Positions 1 through 12,460 of a DNA stretch of 64,000 nucleotides are shown here, one piece after another. The translations under genes and the position numbers were made by a program. Positions within the stretch are counted from its first letter, which is position 1, and the number at the start of each line of letters is the position of its first letter. The notes under the pieces are model-generated. The model saw only the letters and a list, made by a program, of their open reading frames with translations, did not search any database and was not told the DNA's origin. The DNA comes from Vicugna vicugna (Eukaryota), in contig MU058337.1 in assembly GCA_013265495.1 (NCBI GenBank), forward strand, positions 6,306,716 through 6,370,715. The letters are read 5' to 3'.

Positions 1-99
1 AAAAGCTGTCTGAAAGAGAATGTTCATTTTCCTTTTGATTCTAATACTGGGCTTGAATAACAAGCGCAATTCCACTCAAAGACTGAAAAGCAAAGGGAC

Positions 100-1400
100 C
101 CGGATCCTCCGCAGGTCCCCCGGCCAGGGATCGGCTCCGAGCTGGACAGGTTAAGGGCGCAGGGCTCGGGTCAGGGAGACCAGGACCGGGAGATGGGCCT
201 GGCGCTTGTGTCCCGCCCTGGGTCTCGTGCCGGCGCCTGAACGCGGCGCCGACTCCGGGCTGGAGGGACACAGGGGCCGGCGGGTCCCCAGGGCGGGCGC
301 GAGGGCCCCGCGCAGGTGCCGGGCCTCGCGCGGGGTGCGACGGGGGTGCGCGGGGCCTGGGAGACCCGAGAGAGACGTTATTGTTACACTGTAACGAGTC
401 TGATTAACATGCTCCTGACACTTTCTCTTAGTTTCTCGGGCTCCTAGCAACAGCGCACAAAGGCGCGGGATTGTCCCGGGCTCCGCGGGGACACGGGGCA
501 GCCTTTGATCTGCTACCAATACAGCGGGGCAGCGCGACAGGCTCGCAGGCTCCGGGCGGCCCGCGGTCCCGGCCCACTGGGCGCCCCAGCCCCGTCTGCC
601 CGACGGCCGCAGCTCCGGGAGCGGCCAACGCGCGGGACGGGGCCGCGGGTCTCCGCGTGGGTGCGCCCTCGGCCTCGGGCCTCGGGCAGCTCGGGCGGCC
701 GGGCGCGGACCTGGCAGGTCCCGGCCCCGCGCGCGCACATCCTTCCGACGGGGCGCGCGGCTCCCGAGCTCGCCCGCCCTTACCGTCGCAAGAAACAAAC
801 AGTAAAACCGAGCGGGTCACGTACAATTCCAGAAAACAAAAATAAAAAAAATAAAAAAAGACGGAAGCAAGCGATAAACAAACCCCAAAAGATTTCATAG
901 AACATTAAAAAAAATTTAAAAATTCTTCAGGCTGCAGCCCGTTTTGCTGTTAACTGGGCTCGATCGGCAGCAAACCACCAAAAGCCACTAACGATGAATT
1001 CGGTTCCTTCCTACACATCACTTTCTTTACGTTGTGGGCAATTCTTACTGATTCGGAAGGATATGTGCTGCCAAATAATTGATGAAATGTAAACAAACCG
1101 CCACCACCATAACCCGTCACAGAAGAGCATAAAGCCGCCGGTCCCACCGCGCAAGCTTCCAGGTACTAAGCTAGGTATTTGAAAGTAATGTATTTTCCAT
1201 TTTGTTCGTTCTCTTAACCCCCTACCCTACCCCGATTTACAATGAAGCGCGGAAAGAAAGACTAAGGTTTTAACATTGAAATTTTGAGCTCTGCTAATTA
1301 CTTTCGCCCTACGTAGCAATGTGAAAACCTTGCGGGAGGAGGGTCTCCGGGCCGGGAGGGCAGCGTTCCCGAGCCTGGGGCACAAGCTTTACCGTTACAG
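100..1400. promoter_or_regulatory. CpG island downstream of the CLYBL 3' end (core ~100-820, weaker shoulder to ~1400); candidate enhancer or orphan CGI
   Basis: Very high GC and abundant CpG (cgcg, ccgg runs) against the AT-rich, CpG-depleted rest of the window. No credible ORF. Confidence 0.85.
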
Positions 1401-4279
1401 ACCAGTTCGGTGACCCTCGGCAGCATTAATATGCACAAGATCCTGCTGTTAATCTCAGAACCCGTTTTGTATCATCCATTGCCCACCAAGTACTAGAGGT
1501 AAAAATAAAAATCAAAACGGAAGACATTTAGCTTTCCAAAAGAAACAGAAACCATAAAAGCAGAATGCCCTTCAAATAAAGAAGCAAATATTATCTCCTC
1601 CTCTTAAGACATCATTAGAAAATTCACCATCCCTACTGAAGGTCAGTTGCCCGACCTCCCGCAGAACTATTAGGGGCTGGGGTGTTCATGATAGTAACAC
1701 GCAATATTTTAGAAGAGGGGAGAAAAAAACCTATATGGTTAGTTCCGTTAACCCAGCAAAGTATGCCAGGCAACGAGTTACTTTCAAATTCAAATTGGAG
1801 GAACCAGGTCTTCATTCTTGAAGTTACTTTTCCCAGTCAGTCCTTGGAGGAGAGGGCAGCCAGCGGCTCAATGCTTGTAAACCTGAAGGGAACTGCACTC
1901 AGATGCCGGGGAACTTCCCAACTTGTGCTCAGGGACAGTGCCTGACTGGAGTTCCCCCTCACCATTTCAATAAAACATGATTGTATTGATATAATCCTCT
2001 ATACATTAAAATGAGGTTGTCACAGATTGTCATTAAGACCTCAGTAAAACAATGAAGACATTATTGGGCACCCCCCCTCAGGCAACGTATTAGGGAATAA
2101 AACAATCTACACCACGCGGGTCCTATTGAGATTAATGAAAAAATTATGCAAAAAAATCTCAATTTCATTTTCCCGTGACGGGGCTTTGCATACATACAGT
2201 CAGTCTTGCCTTACACCTGATGATTTATTAAACTAATCTACAGTGATCACCACTGATGTTCTCAACTCAATCTTGTCCTGCCTCATTTTCTAAGTAATTG
2301 TTTCTCATTAGTTCTGATAATGTTTTAATAGTGTTACCCATAATTTAGTCCCCAAGAATTAATAACAGGGGGGTAATATGGCAAAGCAGCTTGTGATGAG
2401 CTACACAAAATATAAACAGGTATGGTTTTTAATTAATCAGATTACTGCAAGTTTCTCTTCTTGTAGCCAGTCCATTCCTAGCTCGGAGGAATCCCCGGGT
2501 TGGGCATTGTCACATACTAAGTGGTCTCAGCTAACCGAGCCCTCCCTCCCTGAATTACCTTCAACCACCTGGGGCACCAAAGAGATGTGGGTGGGAAAAT
2601 AGTGAGGAAACCTCTGGCCTCCCAATATCTCCTTGTCTTGGGGTTTTGTTCTTCAAGGAATGAGGCACAACACGTTTCTGACCCTGACTAAAGCCTCTCT
2701 AGGTCCCTCATTTGGATCTGTGCTCAGAGAGCTGGAACTCTGTCTAGATTTTGGCTCCAGTGGGGCCCAGTGTCATGATCCTACCATAACTGGGACTACA
2801 GGGTTATAAGGAAGATGATAAATCTGGCACTTAGGGAGACTTAAACAGCAAGGTGGTACTGTTGGAACGAAGTGTGGTTTGAGATAAAGGGTGTGGTGCC
2901 CAGTCCAACATGGTTGGGGACCTAGGAACCCAGGCCCCGCCAGCCCGTTGGTGATGGGGGAGGGGGAGAAACAGCCCGGTCCGGGCCCAGGGGGCCGCCT
3001 GGAGACCTTGCTGAGAGGGCTGCTCTTCCCGAGACCATGTGTCTTTGTCCTGGCATCTGGGGTCCCTCAGAGGGGATGCCTGGCTCTCAGTGAGCCCCAG
3101 GCTCTAGGAGGTCCACCGGTAGGGCTTGGGAATTGCCTAGGTAATTCGGGGGGAGACTAGAATGTCTCCCTTTCATGCTGTCAAAGCCTGAGGGAATTAT
3201 CTGGGGCGACACGTGAGGCCGGGTGGGAGCGGCTGAGGTGAAGTGGGGGCTGCCTGTAGGGAAGTATGAAGAAAGGCTTTTATTACCTTCTTTTAAGACA
3301 GGCCGTGCCCACGCTAACACCCTGAGGGTGTTATATTACTGGTCAGAATGAGAGGGTGCCTCCCTCTGCCTTCTGAGTAGTCCTGTGTCTCTGTGTTCCG
3401 AGCAGCAGGGTCCTGCTGCGTGGGCACCTGTGGTCCCGGTTTACCCTGTGCACACCGACTACCAGCCTAGGCGGGCACAGCTGCATAATGGGTTGGGGGA
3501 TGGCTTTTCCTGTAACTGCTGCCCACTGCCACTGTCCGCAGTCCTGAAGCCCAATTTGGCTGGAGGCCAGTCATCTCCCAAGTCGGTTGAGATACCATCT
3601 TCCTCCTTCCAGCTGCTGAGTGAGGATGAGGCTGGCTCCTACCTTCCTTTCCAGCTAACTCTGGAGCAGCACCGGGTGACAGTGCTCTCAAGGGGTTGGA
3701 GAGGGTTGCACCGAGGAGGGAGGCGCGATGCCCAGGGTAGACAGGACTCCAGCCAAGTACATCCTATCTTTGGTTAAGAGCTGTCTCCTCAGATCCCATG
3801 TTTGGGAAGGTGAGTTGGTGTCTCAAGCACGTGTTTCCCAGAACCACCCAGCCTGGGTCAGGTTTCTTTGTGTGCCCCCTTCTTGCTCTGCACTGGGTGG
3901 CGGGAGCTGCATGACGGTGTGTGGGCCTCTCCCACTTTGTTTGGTTCCGTGGTGCCTTTCCTTGTATATAACCTTCAGCCCTACTCCCCTCACAGGCTTC
4001 CTGGACGAACTGGAAGAAGTAGGGGAAAGCTGACCCCTGGTTGGGGCGCACGGTAGGGGCCACGTAGGAAATAAACAAAAAGGACATAGGAGGAGGTGAA
4101 AAATGAAAATAAAAAACAACTGTTTTCTATTTACAAATTTAAATAAACAGAACAGCCTTCCCCGCGGTGTTTGTCTAAGAGCAGCAGCCTTGCTACTGTG
4201 TAGGTCATGGAAAGGCTGGTGTAGAGTTTAAAACTTCCCATTCTGTTAATTTCTTAAAGAACAGTCGTCCAGAGTCTCC

Positions 4280-4401
4280 ACACAAAAGCTCATGATTTAA
4301 TGAGGAGCAGAAACAAAATCTCTGATTGTTGGTGTTTCAAATTTCATTGGCGTCCTCTGGCAAACACAAGTTGATCCTTCGCAGCTTCAATACCCTTTAG
4401 C
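4280..4401 (-). other. CLYBL: Probable CLYBL non-coding terminal exon 9 (3' UTR)
   Basis: Candidate acceptor tattgaag|GCTAAAGG at 4402/4401 (weak pyrimidine tract), about 1 kb below the exon 8 donor, with ATTAAA downstream. Consistent with the recalled human 9-exon structure. The 3' end is approximate. Confidence 0.6.
4296..4301 (-). terminator. Candidate polyadenylation signal ATTAAA (proximal CLYBL poly(A) site)
   Basis: tttaat on + strand (ATTAAA on -), ~100 nt into the putative last exon, followed by T/GT-rich sequence (TTTTGTGTGG). Confidence 0.5.
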
Positions 4402-5439
4402 CTTCAATATAAGAGCACATGCTGAATAGGGAAGAATGGCTGGTTGTTATGTTTATTTACCCTTACTACAAGCTGGGTTAACCTCTTCAAAACAGCTTTA
4501 CTAAGCCCGTTAACCACACCACCCATATGACCTGTAGCAGCATCTCTAATGTGATGCAAATCTCGCAGGGGACCATATGCACCAGCTCTGAGGCATTGTG
4601 TCCTCTTAGAGGCTACACATTTATTGCTGAGGGGGCCCTGTCCTGGCCATACATTTACAGGGGGAAATGGCCTCAATGGCAAACAGTTAAACAGGGAAAT
4701 AAAGGGAGAGAATGGATGGTCTTGTGTTTCTGCACATTTATTTTTTAATTGCTGGTAACTGTTGACCCAAAGCATTCGCCCAGAATGAGGGCTTTCATAG
4801 TCATCACTTGGCAGTTCAAGGATAGGGATGACTCATTTTGAGGGGTGGAGGTTAACAGTAATCAGTTTTGAAGATTTATTTTTAGAAGATATGTATATAA
4901 AACAGTAAGGTACTTAGTCAACTTTTCTGCCATCTCTGTTGTTTTATCAGATTACTAGTGAAATAAACACCAACACTTTATTTAGTTATTATTTTTTAAA
5001 GGGTTAGCCTTTCTTAAAAGTATTTATGCTGTCAAGTGAACAAATGAACAATGTGGGTAACATCTAACATGAATGGGGTGAAGGGAGTACACATATTCAG
5101 GAAAGATCTGTTACATTAAAGACCTAACTTCCCCTCACAGCCCATCTCTTCCCACTATTTTATCTCCTTATGAAATTAAAAGTCCATACTTATAACATTC
5201 ATGAACAATAAAATCATAAGCTTGGAACCAAAAAGAAGAAAGTTCATTTTTAGAGGAATAACTGAGCAGTGAGATAACCCACCCCCGCCCCCGCCAAAAA
5301 AAATTGTGATTACCATGAACTCTAAATGGAGAAAAGCTCCAATCTGGCATACTAACAAGTTGCCTTGAGTATTATGGTTTGTCTTTAAGAAACCCACTGT
5401 ATATGTTCGGCCCACCTGATGAGAGCTTCATTTAACAGA

Positions 5440-5535
5440 TCATTTTTCCTTGATGGATGTGGCAAGCGTAACAATGTTCTGGGCCTGCTTCAGTAATGGC
5501 ATGTCGATCATACTCCCTCGGAAAGTAAAGGCTCC
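5440..5535 (-). CDS. CLYBL: CLYBL last coding exon 8 (96 coding nt): GAFTFRGSMIDMPLLKQAQNIVTLATSIKEK*
   Basis: Acceptor tcttccag|GGAGCC; TGA at 5440-5442. Contains the MIDMP motif with the catalytic Asp (human D320). The exon continues 24 nt into the UTR to a donor CAG|gtgggc at 5416/5415. Confidence 0.96.
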   Translation of the reverse strand, partial: GAFTFRGSMIDMPLLKQAQNIVTLATSIKEK

Positions 5536-6149
5536 CTGGAAGACAGAGAATACAAACTTCCTGAAAGAATGCTCGGAAATTACAGGCTTCCTTTCTGCAC
5601 ACACTTGTACAACAAGAACATTTTAGATTCCACCTGAATTGTACTGACTTTCCTACCCAACTTTCGAGAAAAGCCAAAGTAAATTACAGGGGAAAGGTTT
5701 CTTTTTAGCGCCTAAAGAGGGGGCAAAAACCTGCAGCATTTTAATGGAGAGGAAAAACATCAGACACAAAGTACTGGAAACTGTTCATTTAATTCTTGCA
5801 ATGAAGCAGAAAACAACAGTGGAAGGAAAATGTAAATATTTCCTTATATAGGTTTTGAAATATTGCATAGAATTGTGAAAACAGTAATATGCTCTGGAAA
5901 CTGACTATTGTTTGAAAAAATAATTGTCTAATCCAGTTAATGGAAAAGTGCTTCCTTCTTGGTGTAACATAATTGAGGGTAACACCATCATGTGATGAGA
6001 AAATGTGAGGTAGGATTATACTGAGTAAAAAGAGATCCCTCTGTTGGTACACACTTGCAGAAGAGGATTAAAATGACAGGGAACATGACTGTAACAAAGA
6101 AATCATAAGCTTGTTGAATGGTGAGACTGGAATGAACCTGAAATCTCCT

Positions 6150-6330
6150 GGTTTATTCCCATTTTACAGATTCACTTTTTTCTAACCTTCTGCAAATACT
6201 TACGGAATGTGTCATGTGATCTCAGTCCTGTTTTAGATGAGGAAACTGAGGCCCAGAGTGGTGAAGGGATTTTCTAAGATCACTTCACTAGAAAAAGTTA
6301 TAGCTGGGGTTAATACTTTGGTCTCAGAAC
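6150..6330. mobile_element. MIR SINE fragment
   Basis: MIR core ttttagatgaggaaactgaggcccagag...aagatcac. Confidence 0.65.
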
Positions 6331-7889
6331 CTCAAGCCTTCATTAGAGACCCCCCCCCCATTAAGATGACAAGGTAGTTTCTTCAGTGCCTCAGAAAAAG
6401 AAGAATTAAGTGGACAGAGGAAGTATGCCCAGAATCTGAAGTTAATGTCTGGTCATTCATGTTCTCTTAATCGCTTCTTTTTGCTGTTTGCAATCAAAGC
6501 TCTTCTTAATTCTCCTTCTTTCTACCTGTTGGTAGGGATGCTGGTGTGAGTGCAGAGCAAGTGGTCTTCTGAGACCTGCAGGGGGACTGGAGCAATCATA
6601 ATCCCTGCTGACAGTCGAGCTGTGCATATTGCTGCCCCTTTCTGGGTTGCACGAGTACCGCCTCCTCAACAGTCAGTGCTGTCTTGATTCAGAACTTCTT
6701 TCCTGGGCTCTCTGGAAACCCTCATCTCTCACATAATGTAGAGCTATACACAGGATAGAGGTTTAAAAAACTGGCAGGGAATCCTTCACAGTGACTTTGA
6801 AATTTATTTTTTAATCAAGAGAGATTTAAAAGTCATTCGGATTAGAGTCCTCACCAGTCCCTAACCTTCTCAGCCTCAGAGTGGTATCTGATTCGTGTGA
6901 ATACTTGCATGGCCTAAAATCCTGTACCATTATGTCATTTTCCAACCCTCCCACTTTCACTATTTATACTCCCAGACTGGTCTTTGCCTAATTTCATTCA
7001 GCCTAGAGCTAATTTTGGCCATCTCGGTGACCGTGATGAATTTTATGAATTTGGTTAGAAGTTCTCAGGATAGTCTGTGGGTTAGCATGACATGTGACAT
7101 CAGGGCGTGGGGCTCACGCTGTTTTACAAGGCAATAGTCTAGTTTTCTTATTGGAGTAAATGATGAAGACCAAAGGCCTCCTGGTTATCTGCTCACCAAG
7201 TGGATTACGGCCCTGTAAACCAGCACGTCTGTCCTGCTAAAGCCTGAATAATAGGCTGGAGAGATGACATTAGCATAGATGCACATGAAATCAAAACGAT
7301 GCACAAAGAATCAGGATGATGGCTCTGGGTCTACTCCATGTTTCCTGAATCTGCTTTGGAGTCTACACGCACATCTAAAATGCAAAATATTTTATGTAGT
7401 TTTTCAACACAGGGAGATCATTCCCTTCTTTTATGGTGGCAGATTTTGCTTGACTGCGTGAGGCTTAAACTGGAAAACAAAAGTTTAACATTTTTGTTCT
7501 TTGTTTCCTTCATCTCTGCAGATTGAAGAGTTTAGTGTTAAACAGACTTCCTAATACGAATATCCTCCTGCTCTCACATATCAACCTAGAACACGGTTGG
7601 TTTTTTTTAACATCTGGATCTACATGTGAAATGTGAACAGTCTGCTGGTCAGGATTTGGAAAGATCCAAATTGTCAAAAGCTACTTGGATTTGCAGCGAG
7701 GGTTTGAAGCATTCCGTAATGGATGATCATAGATAAGTTTCAGTTTCACAGCTCAGTGCATTCCTGAGAAATTGGTGTACTATTTTGAAGAGGGAACTTC
7801 CATCAGCTTGAAGATTCAGACTATTATTTGGTTTAAAATGCCTTCAAAGAGTGACTCATTCATGGTTAAAAACCTTAACAACCATGACT

Positions 7890-8345
7890 ACAACAATAAT
7901 AATAGCTATAATTTCTTGAGCAGTTGCTAGCCCCAGGGCTGTGCCTGGCTCTTGACATGATTTATTTCATGTAATGCTCATAACAACACTGTGAGGTAGA
8001 TACTATGACCTAACCCCATTAGCAAATTGTTTTTCTTTTTCTTTTCAATTATGGTAAAAACACATAACATAAATCCACATTCTTAATCATTTTTCAGTGT
8101 ACAGGTCTGTTATGTTAAGTAGATTCACACTGTTGTGCAACAGATCTCCAGAACTTTTTCATCTTGCAAAAGTGAAACTTGGTACCCATTAGACAACTGC
8201 TCCCCCTTCCCCCTCCTCCACCCCCTGGCAGCCACCCTTCTGCTTTCTGTTTCTATGGGTATGTATCCATCTACATTTTATAACTGAGGAAACTGAGGCA
8301 CAACGAAACTAGTATGAATCTGCCCTGTAGCTAGTAAGTACAGAA
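7890..8345. mobile_element. MIR SINE interrupted by an antisense L1MB-like 3' end (~8040-8270)
   Basis: MIR text (ataacaacactgtgaggtagatacta ... gaggaaactgaggcaca) flanks L1 3' UTR antisense text (tgtgcaacagatctccagaactttttcatcttgcaaaa). Confidence 0.65.
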
Positions 8346-8348
8346 CTG

Positions 8349-8386
8349 GACTGACTGACTGACTGACTGACTGAATCAATCAATCA
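8349..8386 (+). repeat. (GACT)n-(AATC)n compound tetranucleotide microsatellite
   Basis: gactgactgactgactgactgactgaatcaatcaatca read directly. Confidence 0.9.
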
Positions 8387-8559
8387 AACACCTGTCCCCC
8401 AACCCCACTACCCTCACCGAAAAAAAAAAAAAAAAGAACTGGGGTTAAAACCTAGCTCTGTTTGATCCAAAGAGTGTGCTCCAGGCTTAGGATCCAGGCT
8501 TTTTTTTTGTTGTTATCAATTGTTCTCTGAGTGGGTTGCTTGGCCACCTGAATGAGACT

Positions 8560-8695
8560 CATATGATGGGGAGGTGGCTTGTTAAAATTCACATTCTTGG
8601 GCTCCATCCTATAAGGTTTCATGCAGAAGGCCTAGGGGTTGGCCAGGAACCCTCTGATGTTTCTAATGCACATTCAAGTTTGAGAAGCTCTGTAC
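8560..8695. mobile_element. MER5A-like hAT-Charlie fragment
   Basis: gcttgttaaaattcacattcttgggctccatcc...ttctaatgcacattcaagtttgagaagctctg resembles MER5A. Confidence 0.55.
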
Positions 8696-11600
8696 TTTAG
8701 CTCTCCTGGGTAGAAACGTTTAGGCCAGCTTTGATATGGGTACTCTATCCTTGCCCTCAAGGAGCCTACAGTTTGCTGATAGAGACAGGGAAGAAAAGAA
8801 ACTGGTACCATAAAAAGCAACAAGAATTAGAGGAAAAGCCAGTGTGATGAGCATGGAGATGTCCAAGGCCTGAAAAGTTTGCTCTTCTTGCCAATTAGGA
8901 CCATGTTTGCCAGTTTCCACTGTTCACTCAGAAGTGATGCTGTGTACCTACTGCATGTCATACACTTCCTGCGAGAGCTGTCATGGAGCTCTGTACACAT
9001 GGGCTTTTATTTAGCAATTACCTATTGAGTTATTTGTTGTAATAAATCACTAGTCAGCCACTTTGGCACATTACAATACACACCCATGGCTTCAGCCTCC
9101 TGGAAGTGAAGAGGACTATCACCTTAGCATAGGTGTTATCTGCACAGGAAGGAAAACAATTAATATTGGGCTGTAGTTTTTCTAACATCTGGGTCATTGC
9201 CAGGTGGTAAGATAGGTATTGAAATAACATGAACTCTATCAGACCGTGAAGTTCTTCATGGGGGAGAATCTTATGATCTGATGGCAAAAGTATTGGTGAT
9301 GACGACAATAATAATCACATTTATGGGAAATATTCATATATTTTGCGTTTCTGGCACTTTTTTTCCCTCTAGAGTACTAAAAGAGTAATTTTCTAGAATC
9401 CATAAATGATCTTATTCTTTCCCTACTCATTATGTTTTCAAATAACTTCTTTGGGCATTCAGGGAGTTCTCTCTAGCACATTCCCATGATGGCGTTGCTT
9501 TGTCAGAATTAATGATATTTGAGCACAGCTGTTATAGTTCTTCTTTTTCAGAGTGACACTCTCTTCCTTTATGATGCTAAAGTCCTATGCCCATAAGTTA
9601 TTTACCTAACTACAGTTCCCAGGGAATTCCTAAAACTTTTGGTCAGTTTTGGCCACTATGAAATTTGTCTTCAAGACCTTGCTGTGCCCTCTTCTTGCTA
9701 AGATCTCTCAGGCCCAGCCATGACCTCCTGTGAAACAGCTCTTCCTTATCACAAAGTTAGTTGCTCCTTAATGCCCCTCAAAGTGGGGGAAATGCTGCTC
9801 TCACAGAGACACTCTGACAGGCACCATTTCATTCTTCTTTCTCTCCCATTTTTCAACCTATCACACTTGGAGAATCCTTGGACAGGACCTAGGTCCCCTC
9901 ACAATTCAGTTAAGGGGCAAGGATGCAAGTTTGGTTGCCAGGCATCCAAAGCCCAGTGGGGAGGCTGCCCGGCTCCCAGGCTGGCTAGCAGAGAGGTCTC
10001 ACTGAGAGAGTGCTGGGACACCTGCAGGGGAGTTGCATCTTCTTAATTGGGACCATGATGTTATTTTTCTAAAATACTAGATAAGATCATCCATTTGCTT
10101 AAAACTAGTCAGTTGGCCAACACTTGTTGAGCCTCCAGTAGGACACAGTGACTGACCTCAACAAATGTGATGTTGGGGTGGGGTCAGGTTAACTCATGCA
10201 AAGACTTAGTTAAATGCAAGCAAGTCTATCTGTAAGGGTGCTTAAGGAATGAGGAGCCACAGAGAGAGCCATCAAAATAGGGTGGTTTGGCCAGGGAAGG
10301 GCTCTGAGGAACAGGTACTTTTAAAGCCAGCTTTAGGTCAGAGATGCCAAATGAAGGTCAAGAGAGGGGCAAGGGAAATGAAGCAGCACATTGAGATGTG
10401 AGAGTGGCGTTGGCCTTCTGTGTTCTGCAAGAGCCCCCTGTGCCTCTGGTCACCAGTGACTCAGCAGGTCAAGTAAAATGAAGGACCACAGTATGAGACA
10501 GTGGATTTGTCTATTGACGAAGGGGTTTCTCTAGTGCCTGAAGAAAGGGAACCTAATCTAACCTCAGTTAAAGCAATCTGGAAGAGAGACAACAGACTTC
10601 CCTTATGACAAAGCACACAAGACTTAGTTTCTGCTTGATGCAGCCAGCCTGGAACCCACAGGACCCTCTGTTCTTGCTGCCTGCCCTGGTGGACCCGAGA
10701 CTCACTCATTGTTGGACCCTGAAGGGAGGAAGTTGAACCACCTGTTTCCTTTTCTTTATTCTGGGTAATTTTCCTCTATCCTGGGATCCAACAGTCTGAT
10801 TTACAGATAAAAAAACTGTGGTTCAGTATTAATTCATCTTTTCAGAGGAACTTATGAGTAGGACAGGACTAGAATTTAAGGTTTTTCACCTCAAATCTCA
10901 AACTCTTCCCACTAATCAGTGTACCCAAAAGTATGGCTGGTAACCATGGTAACTAAGATTATAGAAAAAACTTAAAATAAAAATTTTAGTATACTTTATA
11001 TTTAAAATTTTTATTTTGATATCATTTATAAAAATAACTATCATGTCTAAATTTTTATTTCAGATATAATATTACTTAAAAATAAGACTGAAAAAATTAA
11101 TGATATATAGGTAAGGTCCAGATAAGCAAATATGTGAAAATGCGTTTTTAATAATTGACTTAGAAACAACTGAAATATAATGTGCTTCCATCCTGAGTAT
11201 CCACCTGAAAGCTCTTACTATAATTATTATTATGGCAGAAATACCAAAGGATATTTGCAGTGAGAAAAAAATTCAGTAATAATTATGTGAATGACATTTT
11301 AAGTCCTTAAAAAACCCAAAGCATTTGTAAGAAGGATTAAAGGAGGTGACATTTGATCCTTGCATGAGCTTCTGAATATCAGTAACCCTTTGTTTTACGA
11401 ATAAACATTTAAAAAACTGCCATTGAGAGTAAAAGAATATTACCGAGGACTTGGGAAATAGAGAACATGTTTTCCTAACACTAAATTGTAGTGATAACTT
11501 GATAGGTGTTTTAATAATATTTTGAATTAAAATTCAACAGTCATTTACTCCTCTGGCCAGAGAATCTTCAGATGCTAATGTATCTCTATTTGAAATTTCT

Positions 11601-12229
11601 AAAAGTTCAACTGAAGTCATGCAACACGGACAAAAATCTACATTGGGCTAATCTGTCATGACTGCTAGCACTGAAATTCTGACAGGTGACATTCCACGGC
11701 TTTTGATGGGGAAGCCCTTTAAATGATTCATAAGAATTTAACAGTTGGAGTATGTGAAGGGGGTTTGTGCCCGATTGCGGAATGCAGTGACAAGCTGGGC
11801 TGCTGCCTCAGAGGGGTGTCGGGTGCTGGGGATTCTGCATCGTAGGCAGCCTGTCGGACTGATTTTCCAAGTTCTGAAAGGTGGGAAAGCCTGGAGAAGC
11901 TCCCTCTTTGCCCCTCCCATTCTTGACTTTCCTCTGTAGCTTTCTGGCTTTAAACAAGAGCAAAGAAGCACGCACGGAGAATGCGATGGAGGGCCCGGCG
12001 TGCCCCCAGTGCAGTCACACCTGCCAGGTCCGTGCTGCTTGGGAGGATGCGGGGATCATCTGTCCAAGTGGCTCCCTGTGACTTTCCACCAAACAGAAAC
12101 AGGCAACTCCCTGGGATGAGCACATTCTGAGATCAAATTCAGGCGCTTGCGGCCAAACCAAACAGTGCACAAAGATGCACAGAGAGGAAGGGGCTTACTT
12201 CTCTGGGTCCTCCCGCTTGAGGGGCTTTC

Positions 12230-12460
12230 ATGCAGCGGTTAGGGATATGGGCTTTCGGGTCAGCTCGACTTAAATTTGAATCTAGGCTCTGCCTTTGCCT
12301 GGCTGTGTGTGATCCAGGACAAAGAGTGTTACTTTTCCAAGCCTCAGTGTCTTCATCTGTAAAATGGGGATGACAATACCACCCTTGTAGAGTTGTTTGT
12401 AAGAATTAAGTAAAATAACGTATGTCACGTAACAGGCTCTCAGTGCATGGGAGCTACAAC
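12230..12460. mobile_element. MIR SINE
   Basis: tttgaatctaggctctgcc...agcctcagtgtcttcatctgtaaaatggggatgacaatac is the MIR core. Confidence 0.75.

Noticed and set aside
41..900. Overlapping 60-215 aa ORFs on both strands in the CpG island
   Set aside because: Low-complexity Pro/Arg/Gly/Ala products expected from stop-poor GC-rich DNA. There are no C2H2 fingers, so this is not ZIC5 coding sequence.
5706..5730. CTCF-like AGAGGGGGCA upstream of exon 8
   Set aside because: The 5' half of the core (CCASY) is missing.
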